Source of the DNA: Squalus acanthias
Lineage: Eukaryota
DNA length: 64,000 nucleotides
Assembly (NCBI GenBank): GCA_030390025.1
Contig: CM059429.1
Location: forward strand, 114,266,001-114,330,000
Direction: 5' to 3'
The notes under the pieces were generated by a model. That model was given only the letters and a program-made list of their open reading frames with translations. It was not told the DNA's origin and made no database searches. The position numbers were made by a program, and so were the translations under genes. This document shows positions 11,705-25,310 of this stretch, piece after piece (the stretch's first letter is position 1; the number at the start of each line of letters is the position of its first letter).

Positions 11705-14180
11705 ACATAACATAAGAAATAGGAGCAGGAGTAGGCCATACGGCCCTTCGAGCCTGCTCCGCCATTCAATAAGATCATGGCTGATCATCGACCGCAACTC
11801 CACTTTCCCGCCCAATTTCCATATCCCTTGATTCCCCTAGAGTCCAAAAATCTATCTATCTCAGCCTTGAATATACTCTGACTCAGCATCCACAGCCCAC
11901 TGGGGCAGAGAATTCCAAAGATTCACAACCCTCTGAGTGAAGAAATTCCTCCTCATTTCAGTCTTAAATGGCCCCTAGTTCTAGAGACTCCAGCCAGGGG
12001 AAACAACCTCTCAGCATCTACCCTGTCAATCCCCTTCAGAATCTTTTATGTTTCAATGATATCACCTCTCATTCTTCTAAACTCCAGAGAGTATAGGCCC
12101 ATTCTACATAATCTCTCATAGGACAGCCCTCTCATCCCAGGAATCAATCTAGTGAACCTTCGTTGCACCGCCTCCAAGGCAAGTATATCCTTCCTTAGAT
12201 AAGAAGACCAAAACTGTGCACAGTACTCCAGGTGTGGTCTCACCAAGGCCCTGTACAATTGTACTCCAACCCCCTTGCAATAAAGGCCAACATGCCATTT
12301 GCCATCCTTATTGCTCGCTGTACCTGCATGCTAGCTTTCTGTGTTTCTTGCATGAGGACACCCAAATCTCTCTGAACACCAACATTTAAAAGTTTCTCAC
12401 CATTTAAAAAATACTCTATTTTTCTATTCTTCCTACCAAAGTGAATAACCTCACCTTTCCCTACATTATACTCCATCTGTCACCTTACTGCCCACTCACT
12501 TAGTCCATCTATATCCCTTTGCAGACTCTTTGTGTTCTCCTCACAGTTTACTGTCCCACCTAGTTTTGTATCGTCAGCAAACTTGGATATATTACACTGG
12601 GTCCCTTCATCTAGGTCATTAATATAGATTGTAAATAGCTGAGGCTCCAGCACTGATCCTTGCGGCACCCCACTAGTTATAGCCTGCCAACCTGAAAAAG
12701 ACCCATTTATCCCTACTCTCTGTTTTCTGTCCGTTAACCAATCATCTATCCATGCTACTATATTACCCCCTACCCCATGAGCCCTTACCTTGTGTAATAA
12801 CCTTTTATGTGGCACCTGGAAATCCAAATATACTACATCCATTGGTTCCCCTTTATCTACCCTGCTAGTTACATCCTCTCAAAACTCCCTAATAAATTTG
12901 TCAAAAACGATTTCCCTTTCATAAAACCATGTTGACTCTGCCTAATCATGTTATGATTTTCTAAGTGTCCTGATACCACTTCCTTAACAATGGATTCCAG
13001 CATTTTCCTGACGACTGATGTCAGGCTAACTGTAGTTCCCTGTTTTCTCTCTCCCTCCTTTCTTGAATAGCGGTGTTACATTTGCTACCTTCCAATCCGC
13101 TGGGACCATTCTAGAATCTAGGGAATTTTGGAAGATCAAAACCAATGTAGCCACTATCTCTGCAGCCAACTCTTTTAGAACCCTAGGATCTAGGCCGTCA
13201 GGTCCAGGGGATTTGTCGGCTTTTAGTCCCACTAGTTTCTCTTGTACATTTTCTCTACTTATATTAATTAGGTTAAGTTCCTCACCCTCATTAGACCCTT
13301 AGTTCTCCATCATTTTTGGTATGCTTTTTGTGTCTTCTACTGTGAAGACAAATACAAAATATTTGTTTAACGTTTCTGCCATTTCCTTATTCCCCATAAT
13401 AATTTCTCCTGTCTCAGCCTCTAAGGGACCAACGTTTATTTTTGCAACTCTCTTCCTTTTTACTTACTTGTAGAAGCTCTTCCAATCTGTTTTTATATTT
13501 CTTGCTAGTTTTCTCTCGTATTCAATTTTTATCAATTTTTTGGTCATCCTTTGCTGGTTTCTGAAACTTTCCCAATCCTCAGGCTTACTACTATTCTTCG
13601 TAACATTATAAGCTTCTTCTTTCAATCTCATGCTCTCCTTAACTTCTTTAGTTCGCCACGGATGGATCACTTTTCCTGTGGCGTTTTTATTTCTCAATCG
13701 AATGTATTTTTGTTGAGAATTATGAAATATTTATTTAAATGCTAGCCACTGCTTATCTACCACCATACCATTTAATCTATTTTTCCAATCTACCTGAGCT
13801 AACTCGCCCCTCATACCTATGTAATTGGCTTTATTTAAGTTTAAGACTCTAGTTTCGGACTTAGGCAAGTCACTCTCAAAACTAATGTGAAATTCTATCA
13901 TATTATGATCACTCTGCCCCAGAGAATCCTTTACTATGAGATTGTTAATTAACCCTGTCTCATTACACAATACAAGATCTAAAATAGCCTGTTCCCTGGT
14001 TGGTTCCATGACGTATTGTTCTAGGAAACTGTCCCGAATGCATTCCATGAACTCATCCTCCAGAATACCTTTGCCAATTTGATTTGTCCAGTCTCTATGA
14101 AGATTAAAGTCCCCCACGATTATTGCATTACCTTTGTTACAAGCTCCTACTATTTCTTGATTAATATTCTGTTCAACATT
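11705..14180 (-). mobile_element. 5'-truncated CR1 LINE (ORF2 relic)
   Basis: Endonuclease [52 protein letters not shown]; (TTCTTATG)-type tail. Frameshifted. Confidence 0.95.
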
Positions 14181-15211
14181 TATATGTGTCGTCATATGAA
14201 GTATAAGTAGTGTGGTGTCAACCTGGTCTAAAAAGTACTTGGGTAGTCTGTTGGACCTCCTAGGCACCCCCAGTTGGGTTCTCAAAGCATTAAGAATTGA
14301 GCACCTGGGGAGCAGAGCTCTTTCCTTGCAGGCAGTGCAATTTGTAAATTGGAATATAATTTGGGTTTTTCCAGCTGCATGGTGCACTCTAGCTGTTGGC
14401 TTCTGATTGTTGGTGCAGTATAACTGCAGCATAAGAGACTTCAGCTTAGATTTTCTAATCGCCGTTTGTCAACACCATTGTTAACCCATGTTACATATTT
14501 GGATCTGTTGTAAGTACCTTCCCAGGGCTCAGTGGCATCAGTCGCTCCCTTAAGTGGTCTGAGAGTCTTAATTTTATGGGAGTTGACTCATATACCTACT
14601 AATACGATAGCAAACACAGGGATATACCAATAGTATCCCTTTGTGATCTGGACTGGATATTTGTATTTTTCACATGTTTATTTCTTCAATCTTTGTGACG
14701 ATAGACTGTATTACCACTTGATGAGATGAGGCATGATGCAATTCATTAAGCTGCTTTATTTCACAGTAATGTGAACATACAGATCAACAGTTATGATCAA
14801 ACTCACTTGGTTCAATTGGTAAAACTTTTCACAATATAAAAATAATGAACAATCTACACCATCGGTGGGTTCTCTTGTATGACTTACAGCTAATTTTCTA
14901 ACCTCTGTATCTCTTGCATTCCATCCTTATCACAGCTCTTTGTTGCCTGACTGCCCACATGTGGGTATTTCTCCACCTCTTCCTGTCCCCGCAGGAAGCT
15001 GGGGCTTGGTTCTAGACCCCTCAGAAAAGCTGCTAATCAGATCTGCTACTGCACTCCCTCTCTTTTGAAACTAGCTTCATGTGCACTTGAACCGGAAGGG
15101 ACATTCCATTCCACCCCCCATGGTGTGAATGTTTAGAAGGCCCTGGGATGAAATAATGCCTCCCCAATTGTTTTTGATAAACCTGGGTACCCGTATCTAT
15201 ATCTGGTTTAA

Positions 15212-15525
15212 AGCAAGAAAGAACTTGCATTTATATAGTGCTTTTAACATCCATGGGATGTTACGAAGGGCTTCACAATCAATTAAATTCTTTTGAAGTG
15301 TAATCACCGTTTTAATGCAGGAAAACACAGTAGCTGTTTTGCACACAGCAAGATCCCACAAACAGCAATGAGATAACGTCACATCCAAATGATGGCAATT
15401 CCGGCAGTGCAGCACTCCCTCAGTACTGCACTGAAGTGTTAGCTTGGATTATGTGCTCAAGATTCTGGAGTGGGATTTTAACCCACAACTTTCTGACTCA
15501 AGTGAGAATGCTACTACTGAACCAC
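15212..15525 (-). mobile_element. Deu-domain SINE (SacSINE1/AmnSINE1-like), internally deleted
   Basis: tRNA-like head (GGTTCAGTAGTAGCATTCTC...GTGGGTTAAAATCCCACTCCAG) and 3' tail GCACTATATAAATGCAAGTTCTTTC. Paralogues at 30858-32445 and 32855-33166. Family name from memory. Confidence 0.75.
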
Positions 15526-15531
15526 TGAACC

Positions 15532-18027
15532 TAGAATCATAGAATGATTACAGCACAGAAGGAGGCCATTTGGCCCGTCGAGCCGTCTAGTCCCACTCCC
15601 CCGCCCTTTCCCCGTAGCCCTGCAAATTTTTTTTCCTTCAGGTACTTATCCAATTCCCTTCTGAAAGCCACAATTGAATCTACCTCCACCACCCTTTCAG
15701 GCAGTGCATTCCAGATCCTAATAACTCGCTGCGTAAAAAGGTTTTTCCTCATGTCGCCTTTGGTTCTTCTGCCAATCACCTTAAATCTGCGTCCTCTGGT
15801 TCTCGACCCTTCTGCCAATGGGAACAGTTTCTCTCTATCTAACCTGTCCAAACCCCTCATGATTTTGAACACTTCTATCAAATTTCCTCTTAACCTTCTC
15901 TGCTCTAAGGAGAACAACCCCAGCTTCTCCAGTCTATCCACGGAACTGATGTCCCTCATCCCTGGAACCATTCTTGTAAATCTTTTCTGCACCCTTTCTA
16001 AGGCCTTCACATCCTTCCTAAAGTGTGGTGCCCAGATTTGGACACACTACTCCAGTTGAGGCCGAACCAGTGTTTTATAAAGGTTCATCATAATTTCCTT
16101 GCTTTTGTACTCTATGCCTCTATTTATGAAGCCCAGAATCCTGTATGCCTTTTTAACCACTTTCTCAACCTGCCCTGCCACCTTCAACAATTTGTGCACA
16201 TATACCCCCAGGTCTCTCTGTTCATGCACCCCCTTTAGAATTGTACCCTTTAACTTATATTGCCTCTCCTTGTTCTTCCTACCAAAATATATCACTTCGC
16301 ACTTTTCTGCGTTAAATTTCATCTGCCGCGTGTCCGCCCATTCCACCAGCCTGTCTATGTCCTCTTGATGTCTATCACTATCCCCCTCACTGTTCACTAT
16401 ACTTCCAAGTTTTGTGTCATCTGCAAATTTTGAAATTATGCTCTGTACACCCAAGTCCAAGTCATTAATATATATCAAGAAAAGCAGTGGTCCTAGTTCC
16501 GACCCCTGGGGAACACCACTGTGTACCTTCCTCCAGTCCGAAAAACAACCGTTCACCGTCTGTTTCCTGTCACTTAGCCAATTTTGTATCCATGCTGCCA
16601 CTGTCCCTTTTATTCTATGGGCTTCAACTTTGATGGTAAGCCTATTATGTGGCACCTTATCAAATGCCTTTTGGAAGTCCTTGTACATCACATCAACCGC
16701 ATTGCCCTCATCAAACCTCTCTGTTACCTCATCAAAAAACTCGATCAAGTTAGTTAAACACGATTTGCCTTTAACAAATCCGTGCTGGCTTTCGTTAATT
16801 AATCCACACTTGTCTGACTGTTAATTTTGTCACGGATTATCGTTTCTAAAAGCTTCCCCACTACCGAGGCTAAACTGACTGGCCTGTAGTTACTGGGCTT
16901 ATCTTTACACCCTTTTTTGAACAAGGGTGTAACATTTGCAGTTCTCCAGTCCTCTGGCACCACCACCATGTCTAAGGAGGATTGGAAGATTATGGCCAGT
17001 ACCTCCGCAATTTCCACTTTTACTTCCCTCAGCATCCTAGGATGCATCCCATCCAGCCCTGGTGACTTATCTACTTTAAGTACAGCCAGCCTTTCTAGTA
17101 CCTCCTCTTTATCAATTTTTAGCCCATCCAGTATCTCAACTACCTCCTCTTTCACTATGACTTTGGCAGCATCATCTTCCTTGGTAAAGACAGATGCAAC
17201 GTACTCATTTAGTACCTCTACCTCCATGCATAGATCTCCATTTTGGTCCCGAATCGGCCCCACCCCTCCTCTTACTACCCGTTTACTTTTTATATGCCTG
17301 TAGAAGACTTTTTGGATTCCCTTTTATGTTAGCTGTCAATCTATTCTCAAACTCTCTCTTTGCCCCTCTTATTTCCTTTTTCACTTCCCCTGTGAACTTT
17401 CTATATTCAGCCTGATTCTCACTTGTATTCTCAACCTGATATCTGTCATACGCCCCATTTGTCTGCTTCATCTTGCTCTCTATCTCTTTCCTCACCCAGA
17501 GAGCTCTGACTTTGGTTGCCCTACCTTTCCCCCTCATGGGAATGTACCTCGACTGTACCCAAACCATCTGCTCTTTAAAGGTTCTATTATAGATTTGCCT
17601 GCCAATCTTTGATTCCAATTTACCCGGGCTAGATCCATTCTCAACCCACTGAAATTTGCCTTCCTCCAATTAAGTATTTTTACTTTAGATTGCTCCCTAT
17701 CCTTTTCCATAGCTAATCTAAACGTTATGATACTATGATCAATGTTCCCGTACTGACACTTGCTCCACTTGACCTACCTCATTCCCCAGAACCAGATCCA
17801 GCAATGTCTCTTTCCTCGTTGGGCCGGAAACTACTGATCAAGAAAGTTCTCCTGAACACACTTCAGAAATTCTTCCCCCTCTCTGCCCTTTACACTATTG
17901 CTATCCCAGACTATATTAGGATAGTTGAAGTCCCCCGTTATCACTACTCTATAGGTCTTGCACCTCTCTGTAATTTCCCAGCAAATTTGCTTCTCTATAT
18001 CCTTCCCACTATTTGGTGGCCTATAGA
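15532..18027 (-). mobile_element. 5'-truncated CR1 LINE (ORF2 relic)
   Basis: KSPGLDG, NYRPVSL, DFQKAFDKVPH, GVPQGS, KFADDTKL, WNALPERVVE; ATTCTATG tail. Confidence 0.95.
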
Positions 18028-20078
18028 ATTTTTTTTTGTTAGTTTATGGGATGTGGATGTCGCTGGCAAGGCCAGAATTTATTGCCCATCCCTAATTGCC
18101 CTTAAGAAGGTGGTAATGAGCTGCCTTCTTGAACCGCTGCAGTCGGTGTGGTGAAGGTACTCCCACAGTGCTGTTACGTAGGGAGTTCCAGGATTTTGAC
18201 CCAGCGACGATGAAGGATCGGCGATATATTTCCAAGTCAGGATGGTGTGTGATTTGGAAGGGAACTTGGAGGTAGTGGTGTTCCCATGCACCTGCTGCCC
18301 TTGTCCTTCTCGGTGGAAGAGGTCGCGGATTTGGGAGGTGCTGCTGAAGAAGCCTTGGCGAGTTGCTGCAGTGCATCTTGTAGATGGTACACACTGCAGC
18401 CACGGTACACCGGTGGTGGAGGGAGTGAATGTTTAAGGTGGTAGATGGGGTGCCAATCAAGCGGGCTGCTTTGTCCTGGATGGTGTCGAACTTCTCGAGT
18501 GTTGTTGGAGCTGTACTCATCCAGGCAAGTGGAGAGTATTCCATCACACTCCTTCCTTGTGCCTTGTAGATGGTGGAAAGGCTTTGGGGAGTCAGGAGGT
18601 GAGACACTCGCCGCAGAATACCTAGCCTCTGACCAGCTCTTGTTGCCACAGTATTTATGTGGCTGGTCCAGTTAAGTTTCTGGTCAATGGTGACCCCCAG
18701 GATGTTGATGGTGGGGGATTCCGTGATGGTAATGTCGTTGAATGTCAAGGGGCGGTGGCTAGACTCTCGCTTGTTGGAGATAGTCATTGCCTGGCACTTG
18801 TGTGGCGCGAATGTCACCTGCCACTTATCAGCCCAAGCCTGAACATCGTCCAGGTCTTGTTGCATGTAGGCATGGATTGCTTCATTATCTGAGGAGTTGT
18901 GAATGCCACTGAACACTGAACAGTCATCAGCGAACATCCCCATTTCTGACCTTATTTTGCAGAGAAGGTCATTGATGAAGCAGCTGAAGATGGTTTGGCA
19001 TAGGAAACGGCCCTGAGGAACTCCTGCAGCGATGTCCTGGGGCTGTGATAATTGACCTGCAACCACCACAACCATCTTCCTTTGTGCTAGGTATGACTCC
19101 AGCCAGTGGAGAGTTTTCCCCCCGATTCCCATTAACTTCAGTTTTACTAGGGCTCCTTGATGCCACACTCAGTCAACTGCTGCCTTGATGTCAAGGGCAG
19201 TAACTCTCACCTCACCTCTGGAATTCAGCTCCTTTGTCCATGTTTGGACTAAGGCTGTAATGAGGTCTGGAGCTGAGTGGTCTTGGCGGAACCCAAACTG
19301 GGCATCAGTGAGCAGGTTATTGGTGAGTAAGTGCCGCTTGATAGCACTGTCGATGACACCTTCCATCACTTTGCTGATTGAGAGTAGACTGATGGGGCGG
19401 TAATTGGCCGGATTGGATTTGTCCTGCTTTTTGTGGACAGGACATACCTGGGCAGTTTTCCACATTGTCAGACAGATGCCAGTGTTGTAGCTGTACTGGA
19501 ACAGCTTGGCTAGAGGCATGGCTAGTTCTGGAGCACAAGTCTTCAGCACGGCATCCGGGATGTTGTCGGGGCCCATAGCCTTTCCTGTATCCAGTGCGCT
19601 CAGCCGTTTCTTGATATCACGTGGAGTGAATCGAATTGGCTGAAGAGTGGCTTCTGTGATGGTGGGGACCTCAGGAGTAGGCCGATATGGATCATCCACT
19701 CGGCACTTCTGGCTGCAGATGGTTGCAAACGCTTCAGCCTCGTGTTTTGCACTCACGTGCTGGGCTGCACCATCATTGAGGATGGGGATATTCATGGAGC
19801 CTCCTCCTCCCGTTAGTTGTTTAATGGTCCACCACCATTCACGACTGGATGTGGCAGGGCTGCAGAACTTTGATCTGATCCGTTGATTGTGGGATCGCTT
19901 ATATAGCTTCCGCTTTTTAGCATGCATGTAGTCTTGTGTTGCAGCTTCCCCAGGATGGCACCTAATTTTTAGGTACGCCTGGTGCTGCTCCTGGCATGCT
20001 CTTCTACACTCCTTATTGAACCAGAGTTGGTCCTCTGGCTTGATGGTAATGGTAGAGTGAGGGATATGCCGTGCCATG
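18028..20078 (-). mobile_element. CR1-group LINE family B (poly-A tailed), RT-containing 3' 2 kb
   Basis: ORFs 19169-20161 and 18092-19168 are in frame and separated by one stop (AAVD*VWHQ). Motifs KAMGPD, NYRPISLL, QFGFR, GVPQG, MFADD; A-rich tail at 18028-18040. Confidence 0.92.
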
Positions 20079-20694
20079 GAAATTATCTTACAGACTGCAG
20101 GGTAAACATCTATGTGTACAAGTAGGATATACAACAGACATTTACTGTACTGAACACTCAAGTGTTTAACTTATCCTAGTTAATATTTAACTGCAGCTGC
20201 AAGTGAGTTAAATGGAGACTACCCGTCAGGTTCCTGCTCAGTATGATATTCATCCAACAACTGAACTCCAGAACTTGGTACACTCATAACTTTGTTTCTT
20301 GTGCTGTTCCATCACATTCATTGTTATTCAACAGGACCTAACTCTCTCTTAATAGCTTTTCAGGTTTCTTGAAGATATTTTTAATCATTTAAAAAATGAT
20401 AGAGGTTTAGAGTTTGAACAAAACGCGTGTATTGAATGTACATACATTTTGTGTTGTGCATCTTATCTTTAGGGAGTACAAATCATCTCAATTCTTGTTT
20501 GCTGTTTAGCCTTTAGCTATCTACCAGACTTTTTCTGTAATTGTAACTCATGATGTTGGCTTTGCAGGAACTGTGTGTGGTGGAGGGTGGAAGAACTTGT
20601 CATGTGTGGTGCCACATCTTTTATTCTGTGTGTGTTGGACAGCCATTGTCAAAGTAACAAAATAAGGAAGTGTGTGATGTGCACGTCATTTATT

Positions 20695-20714
20695 TATATA
20701 TATATATATATATA
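20695..20714. repeat. (TA)n microsatellite
   Basis: Direct TA run. Confidence 0.9.
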
Positions 20715-21129
20715 CTGAGGCCCCAGTACAGATTCCTGGGGAACACCACTTGCATCTTCAAGTACTTCCATGTGTACTATCAAAAACTAAATGCAGCCTT
20801 TAAAAAAGTTTGGAAACAATGGAGTTTTGCTAAATAAATACCTTCTGTTCTGTAAATAGTTATTATTCCCAGTTACTTTCTATTAAGAGCACATTATCCT
20901 TTCATACAATGCACAGCTTATTGTTCCAGAATTGAGACAGGAAATGGTTTGGCGACTAGAGAATGAAAGACGAAGGCCCTGTACCGAGCAAATATTAAGC
21001 ATGGTTTCTGTGCATATACAGGAATCCTTGTATTGAGACTTAATTACTGACAAGACTTTAAATTTTTCCCTCCAGTTACTCCCTTATTCTCTTGACAGCG
21101 CTTACACATCTCGAGTAAGATTTGACAGG

Positions 21130-21640
21130 CTCCAACCATCCTCAACTAAGAGACCATTCTTCAGGTGTGAGCCTAGATGGTATCTGTCAGCAAGTTATTT
21201 ATCATGTGAGACATCACCACTGTCTAGATCCTGACATTAACACATGCACTTTCTAGCAGGACTCACTGATTAGAATTCACAAGAGGTACCCTGGCTGAAT
21301 TTTTCCCCTCCCTAGCCTAAGTGCGTCGAGACATTGTATGTAGCACCACTATTGTTGGCTTGGCTGAAATCAGAATCGGGCATTTCACCTTGAAAGACGT
21401 CACAGCTAACCCAATTCTAACTTGAGCCAACATCCACACAAGTGCATCTGCAGCAGGGGCAGTGGAGGGTGATCAGGAGGAAGGACCCTTGCAAATATAT
21501 CTACTTTTTCCCCCTCCCAGCCCAGGGACACCAAAGTCCCTTTTAGCACCTTCAATTCTACTCAAGTCTGAGACTAGGAATTGAACCTGGGACCTTCCTC
21601 ATCTCTGTGGCTCTGTACCAAACCTGTCTTGCATCTAACC
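21130..21640 (-). mobile_element. Two adjacent old fragments of an unnamed tRNA-derived SINE (family C)
   Basis: Shared motifs (CAGCAGG..ACTG, CCCTGGCTGA-TTTTTCCCCTCCCTAGCC, GAACCTGGGACCTTCCT) recur at 35545-35800, 57640-57875 and, inverted, at 59330-59520. Confidence 0.55.
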
Positions 21641-22145
21641 ACTAAAGTATGTGAAAGGAGAAGGAGGGAGAATACTAAGGGATGAGTAAAAGCCACTATT
21701 TATGATGGAAGAGAATTGGAAAGTAAGCAGAAAAGTGAACTGAAATCTGTTGTGGAAATCATCTGCTAAAATTTGCACAATAGCATAGGACCTATTTCTG
21801 TTGGCTCCTTGCATTAAATGTTCGTGAAATCAAGCCTGTTAATGGAGAAGCTGTAGATGATGCTTCTCTCAGTTCACTTAAAAATGAGCTGGATACTGTA
21901 ATTATGTTTTGCAGACACAAAAGCATTCCTAAATAAAATTGTCCTAAATTTAGGAAAATGCAGATGAGGTAAATTTTAGTCTCTCACTCCTGGTGCAGAG
22001 CTTCACACACCAGGAGTGCTCGAGGTGAACATTTACCCCATATTTCATGTAGAACTGGAGAAACTTCCAATAAAAATCACCCGAGAGCACCACAATGCTG
22101 CCAGGAATTTTGCAGCAGTTGAATGAAGAAATAATATTGAGGAAT

Positions 22146-22352
22146 AAAAACAAAAAATGTTGGAAATACTCAGCAGGTCAAACAGCATCTGTAGAGAGAG
22201 AAACAGAGTTAACCTTTCAGGTTGATGACCCTTCATCAGAACTGAAATGTTAACTCTATTTCTCTCTCCACAGATGCTGCCAGACCTGCTGAGTATTTCC
22301 AGCATTTCCTGTTTGTATTTCAGATTTCCAAGCATCCACAGTATTTTGCTTT
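22146..22352. mobile_element. Penelope-like inverted pseudo-LTR pair with minus-strand hammerhead motif
   Basis: Arms at ~22146-22213 and ~22249-22318 are reverse complements. The minus strand at 22207-22243 reads AGTT-CTGATGA-A-GGGT-catca-ACCT-GAAA-G-GTT-AACT. Confidence 0.8.
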
Positions 22353-24329
22353 TGAAATAATACTGAGGATTTGGTCATTCTTTCTTATTGCCTGCATATT
22401 TGACTAGCCCTTGACATCATTGGGGAGCGGTAAAAATGTACAGTGACTGTCAACTACCGCACGTGAACCAAATTAATACTATTCCTGCAGAATTTGGCTC
22501 CAACCTTGGGTTACTTCTGTTCGTGTTACATGACAGACCGGGGAATCTGCATTTTTAAGTTATCAGAGTATTTTAACAGGCATGAAATCCACATTCCATA
22601 CTCGCCATGTAGGATCCTCATTACTCTGTGCAAAGAACCTCTTTGCTGTGTTTATGTTGCTTCATTCAAGTTATTGCATAATTATTTTCCTGAGAAAATG
22701 TCTAAATGCAAGAGCCAGCCATCTAATATTACAGGTGATATTGCTGTCCTGGCCCGATGAAGCCACTCGCGTGGTTGAATGAAAAAATGTTGAGAGAGGT
22801 GCTTGTGTACTAGTATAAAATAATGAGAGAACTGCTGACCACAATGCAAAGTATCCTTGTGGAAGGCCAACCAGCTGGTTTCATAGTAGGAATACAGAAG
22901 TCCCTCTCTTCCCCATTCCCCCGTAACCCATATGTGACCTTTCAGGCTTCTCCGCTTGAATGACTGAAGAACCCGGAAAAATGCCGACCTTGTAGCAGCT
23001 TCTGTTGTTAAAGATCTGCAGCTTATTTCCTGGACCTCCACCCAAGTTCCCTGATTCCTCTCCTGGCTAGTGTCCATGAGCAATGCCATGGGAGATTGCC
23101 TACTATTTAATCATTTCTGTTAAATAGATGCAGCTTGCTCAGAACAGATGTGATCTGTTGAAGAGAACGTTCCTATAATACATGTACAGTTATCTAATAA
23201 AAATGCTATATAAATCCATTTTATTCCAAACTATTCATTAACATTAGCTAAAAGTATACAATCATGTTGGATTCTGTCAACCTTTAGTGGACTTCATTGC
23301 AGTAAAATTAACCTTGGCTGGTCTCCCTGGTTACTTGGATACAAGTAGCACAGAACAATGCATGTCTGGATTTACCTTGAATTTGTGTTTATAGTACACC
23401 AATTCAGCACTGCCATCTGTTACTCATTGAACAATAATATTACATCTACAACTTAATGTGTATGTCCTGAATTATTGAGTGTCTTTGTCCATTTTTAATT
23501 TTTCCAATGAACCCAAAATTTATATGGTAGATAGATGCACATCATAAGGGTGCTCTTAGTGTACATCAACACTGCGACTATAGCTCGGCCCAACGTGGTT
23601 TTAATTCGCAGTGCTGCAGTTATAATGTAAATATAGCCTGAAACTGAAGTTGTGGTTTGACCTGACATTAGAGCGAGGCAAGGTGAAACTCCCACTCTGC
23701 TTCAAGTCTGTTCAGGTCTGAACACCCAATTTGCACAAATTTAGCATTGGCGTGAAGCCAATATTGCTTTGCTGATACAAAAATTGTGTGACTGCACCCT
23801 TAGAGTCACTGAGATGGCAGAAGGGAGCATCACTGAAGCATATCGAGTAGGGGTAGGGACTAATAAGCACGCAGACAAAACCCTGAGCGAATGAGAGGCA
23901 TCGGGTAATCTGAGGCATAAGTATAGAAATCTCAATGAGTCAGTACAGTAGCCTGTCATTTTTCACAATGTTGCTTCATTTTACTGTGACACTCTTGAAT
24001 TATAGACTTTTAAGCCCCAGAGCACCAGGTTCGAGAAGCTTCAGAGTCTGTGTGCTCCAGCACCTGACATGCGACGTGATAGGCAACTTGTGGAAGGACC
24101 CTTCAGTGGCGCTATTTAAAGTAAAGTAATTATCCACTCATACAGATTAGTTGCTGGTTTGTCACTTAAGGCTGCTGGTTAACCGCTGGGTGTTTTTTGG
24201 CCTGTGTTCTGACTCACAAACTTAATTCTGACTACTGAGAAGAAATTTTGCTGGTGCTGCACTGTTTTTGGCTGCCTTCACCACAGTTGTACTGCAGTAT
24301 TGGATGATCTAGTAGGGCAGTCTTTGAGG

Positions 24330-24670
24330 CTAGAGGACAAGGGGGAACCGCAAGAAACACAGCAGAGAGCAGGAGCAGCTTGGACAAGAGGGAAGAGGAG
24401 GAGGGCCGGAGTCCCTACCCACAGCGGGTCTTCAGGGAGAACTTCTTCTACCTCAACTTCTCGGAGGGGCAATGTCTGAGGTGCCTTCGCTTCACAAAGG
24501 AGGCTGTCTGATGCAGTCACAACTCTGGCCTCGCACCAGGGCATTGACAGCACTGCCTGTGGCTGTCGAGGTCACCGTAGCCCTCAACTTTTATGCCACG
24601 GACTCCTTCCAGGCTGCAGCAGATGACATCAGTGACATCTCTCAGTTTGCAGTCTGCTGCTGTATCAGGA
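24330..24670 (+). mobile_element. PIF/Harbinger (HARBI1-like) transposase relic
   Basis: PYPQRVFRENFFYLNFSEGQCLRCLRFTKEAV followed by ALTALPVAVEVTVALNFYATDSFQAAADDISDISQFAVCCCIR, typical of a Harbinger transposase N-terminal region. Frameshifted and internally deleted; the element probably spans ~23700-24960. Confidence 0.8.
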
Positions 24671-24978
24671 AACCTTCTCATCGTGAGGGACCAGCCCTTA
24701 ACACCACCTGGGCAGCATGAAGTGCAGCAGGAGCAGGTGGAGGAGCAGCAGCATGAAGAGGAGAGAAGAGCAGGAGTGGCATCGACCACCAGTGCCTGTA
24801 GCTGCCAGAGCTGTGAGAGCAGCTCATCCAAGAGCGCTTCACCTGAACCATCCCTCCCATCCCCAACACACCAATAGTTCCACAATCCAATTGCCTTCCT
24901 TCAGTCCAGCTTTATGGCTCTTGCCCTCATTTCACTCAAATATAAACACCAAATCCAGAACAAAAAACAAATTTATCA

Positions 24979-25310
24979 TGTGGGAGTCAGTGGGCTTATA
25001 GTGAATGTTTGTCAATAGCCTATCCCCAGAGATGGAGACAGAGAAGTCGAGGAAGGGAAGGGAAGAGTCGGAGATGGACCATGTGAAGGTGAGGGAAGGG
25101 TGGAAATTGGAAGCAAAGTGAATGAAATTTTCTAGTTCAGGGCGAGAGCGGGAAACGGCACCGATACAGTCATCAATGTAGAGGTGAGGGAGGGGACCTG
25201 AGTAGAACTGGAACAAAGAATGTTCCACATATCCCACGAAAAGGCGGGCATAGCTAGGGCCCATGTGGGTTCCCATAGCAACACCTTTAATTTGGAGGAA
25301 GTGAGTGGGG
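24979..25310 (-). mobile_element. Penelope-like reverse transcriptase fragment
   Basis: GVAMGTHMGPSYARLFVG...YIDDCIG...FHPSLTFT...LPFLDFSV...HYKPTDSH are Penelope-type RT motifs. Confidence 0.88.

Noticed and set aside
15544-17415. Plus-strand ORFs of 70-171 aa
   Set aside because: They are antisense shadows of the CR1 ORF2 relic.
18092-20161. 358-aa and 330-aa ORFs as a host gene or intact retroelement
   Set aside because: This is LINE ORF2 with a stop, no endonuclease domain and a damaged motif (GVPQGRFLCQ); the ORF start lies in flanking DNA.
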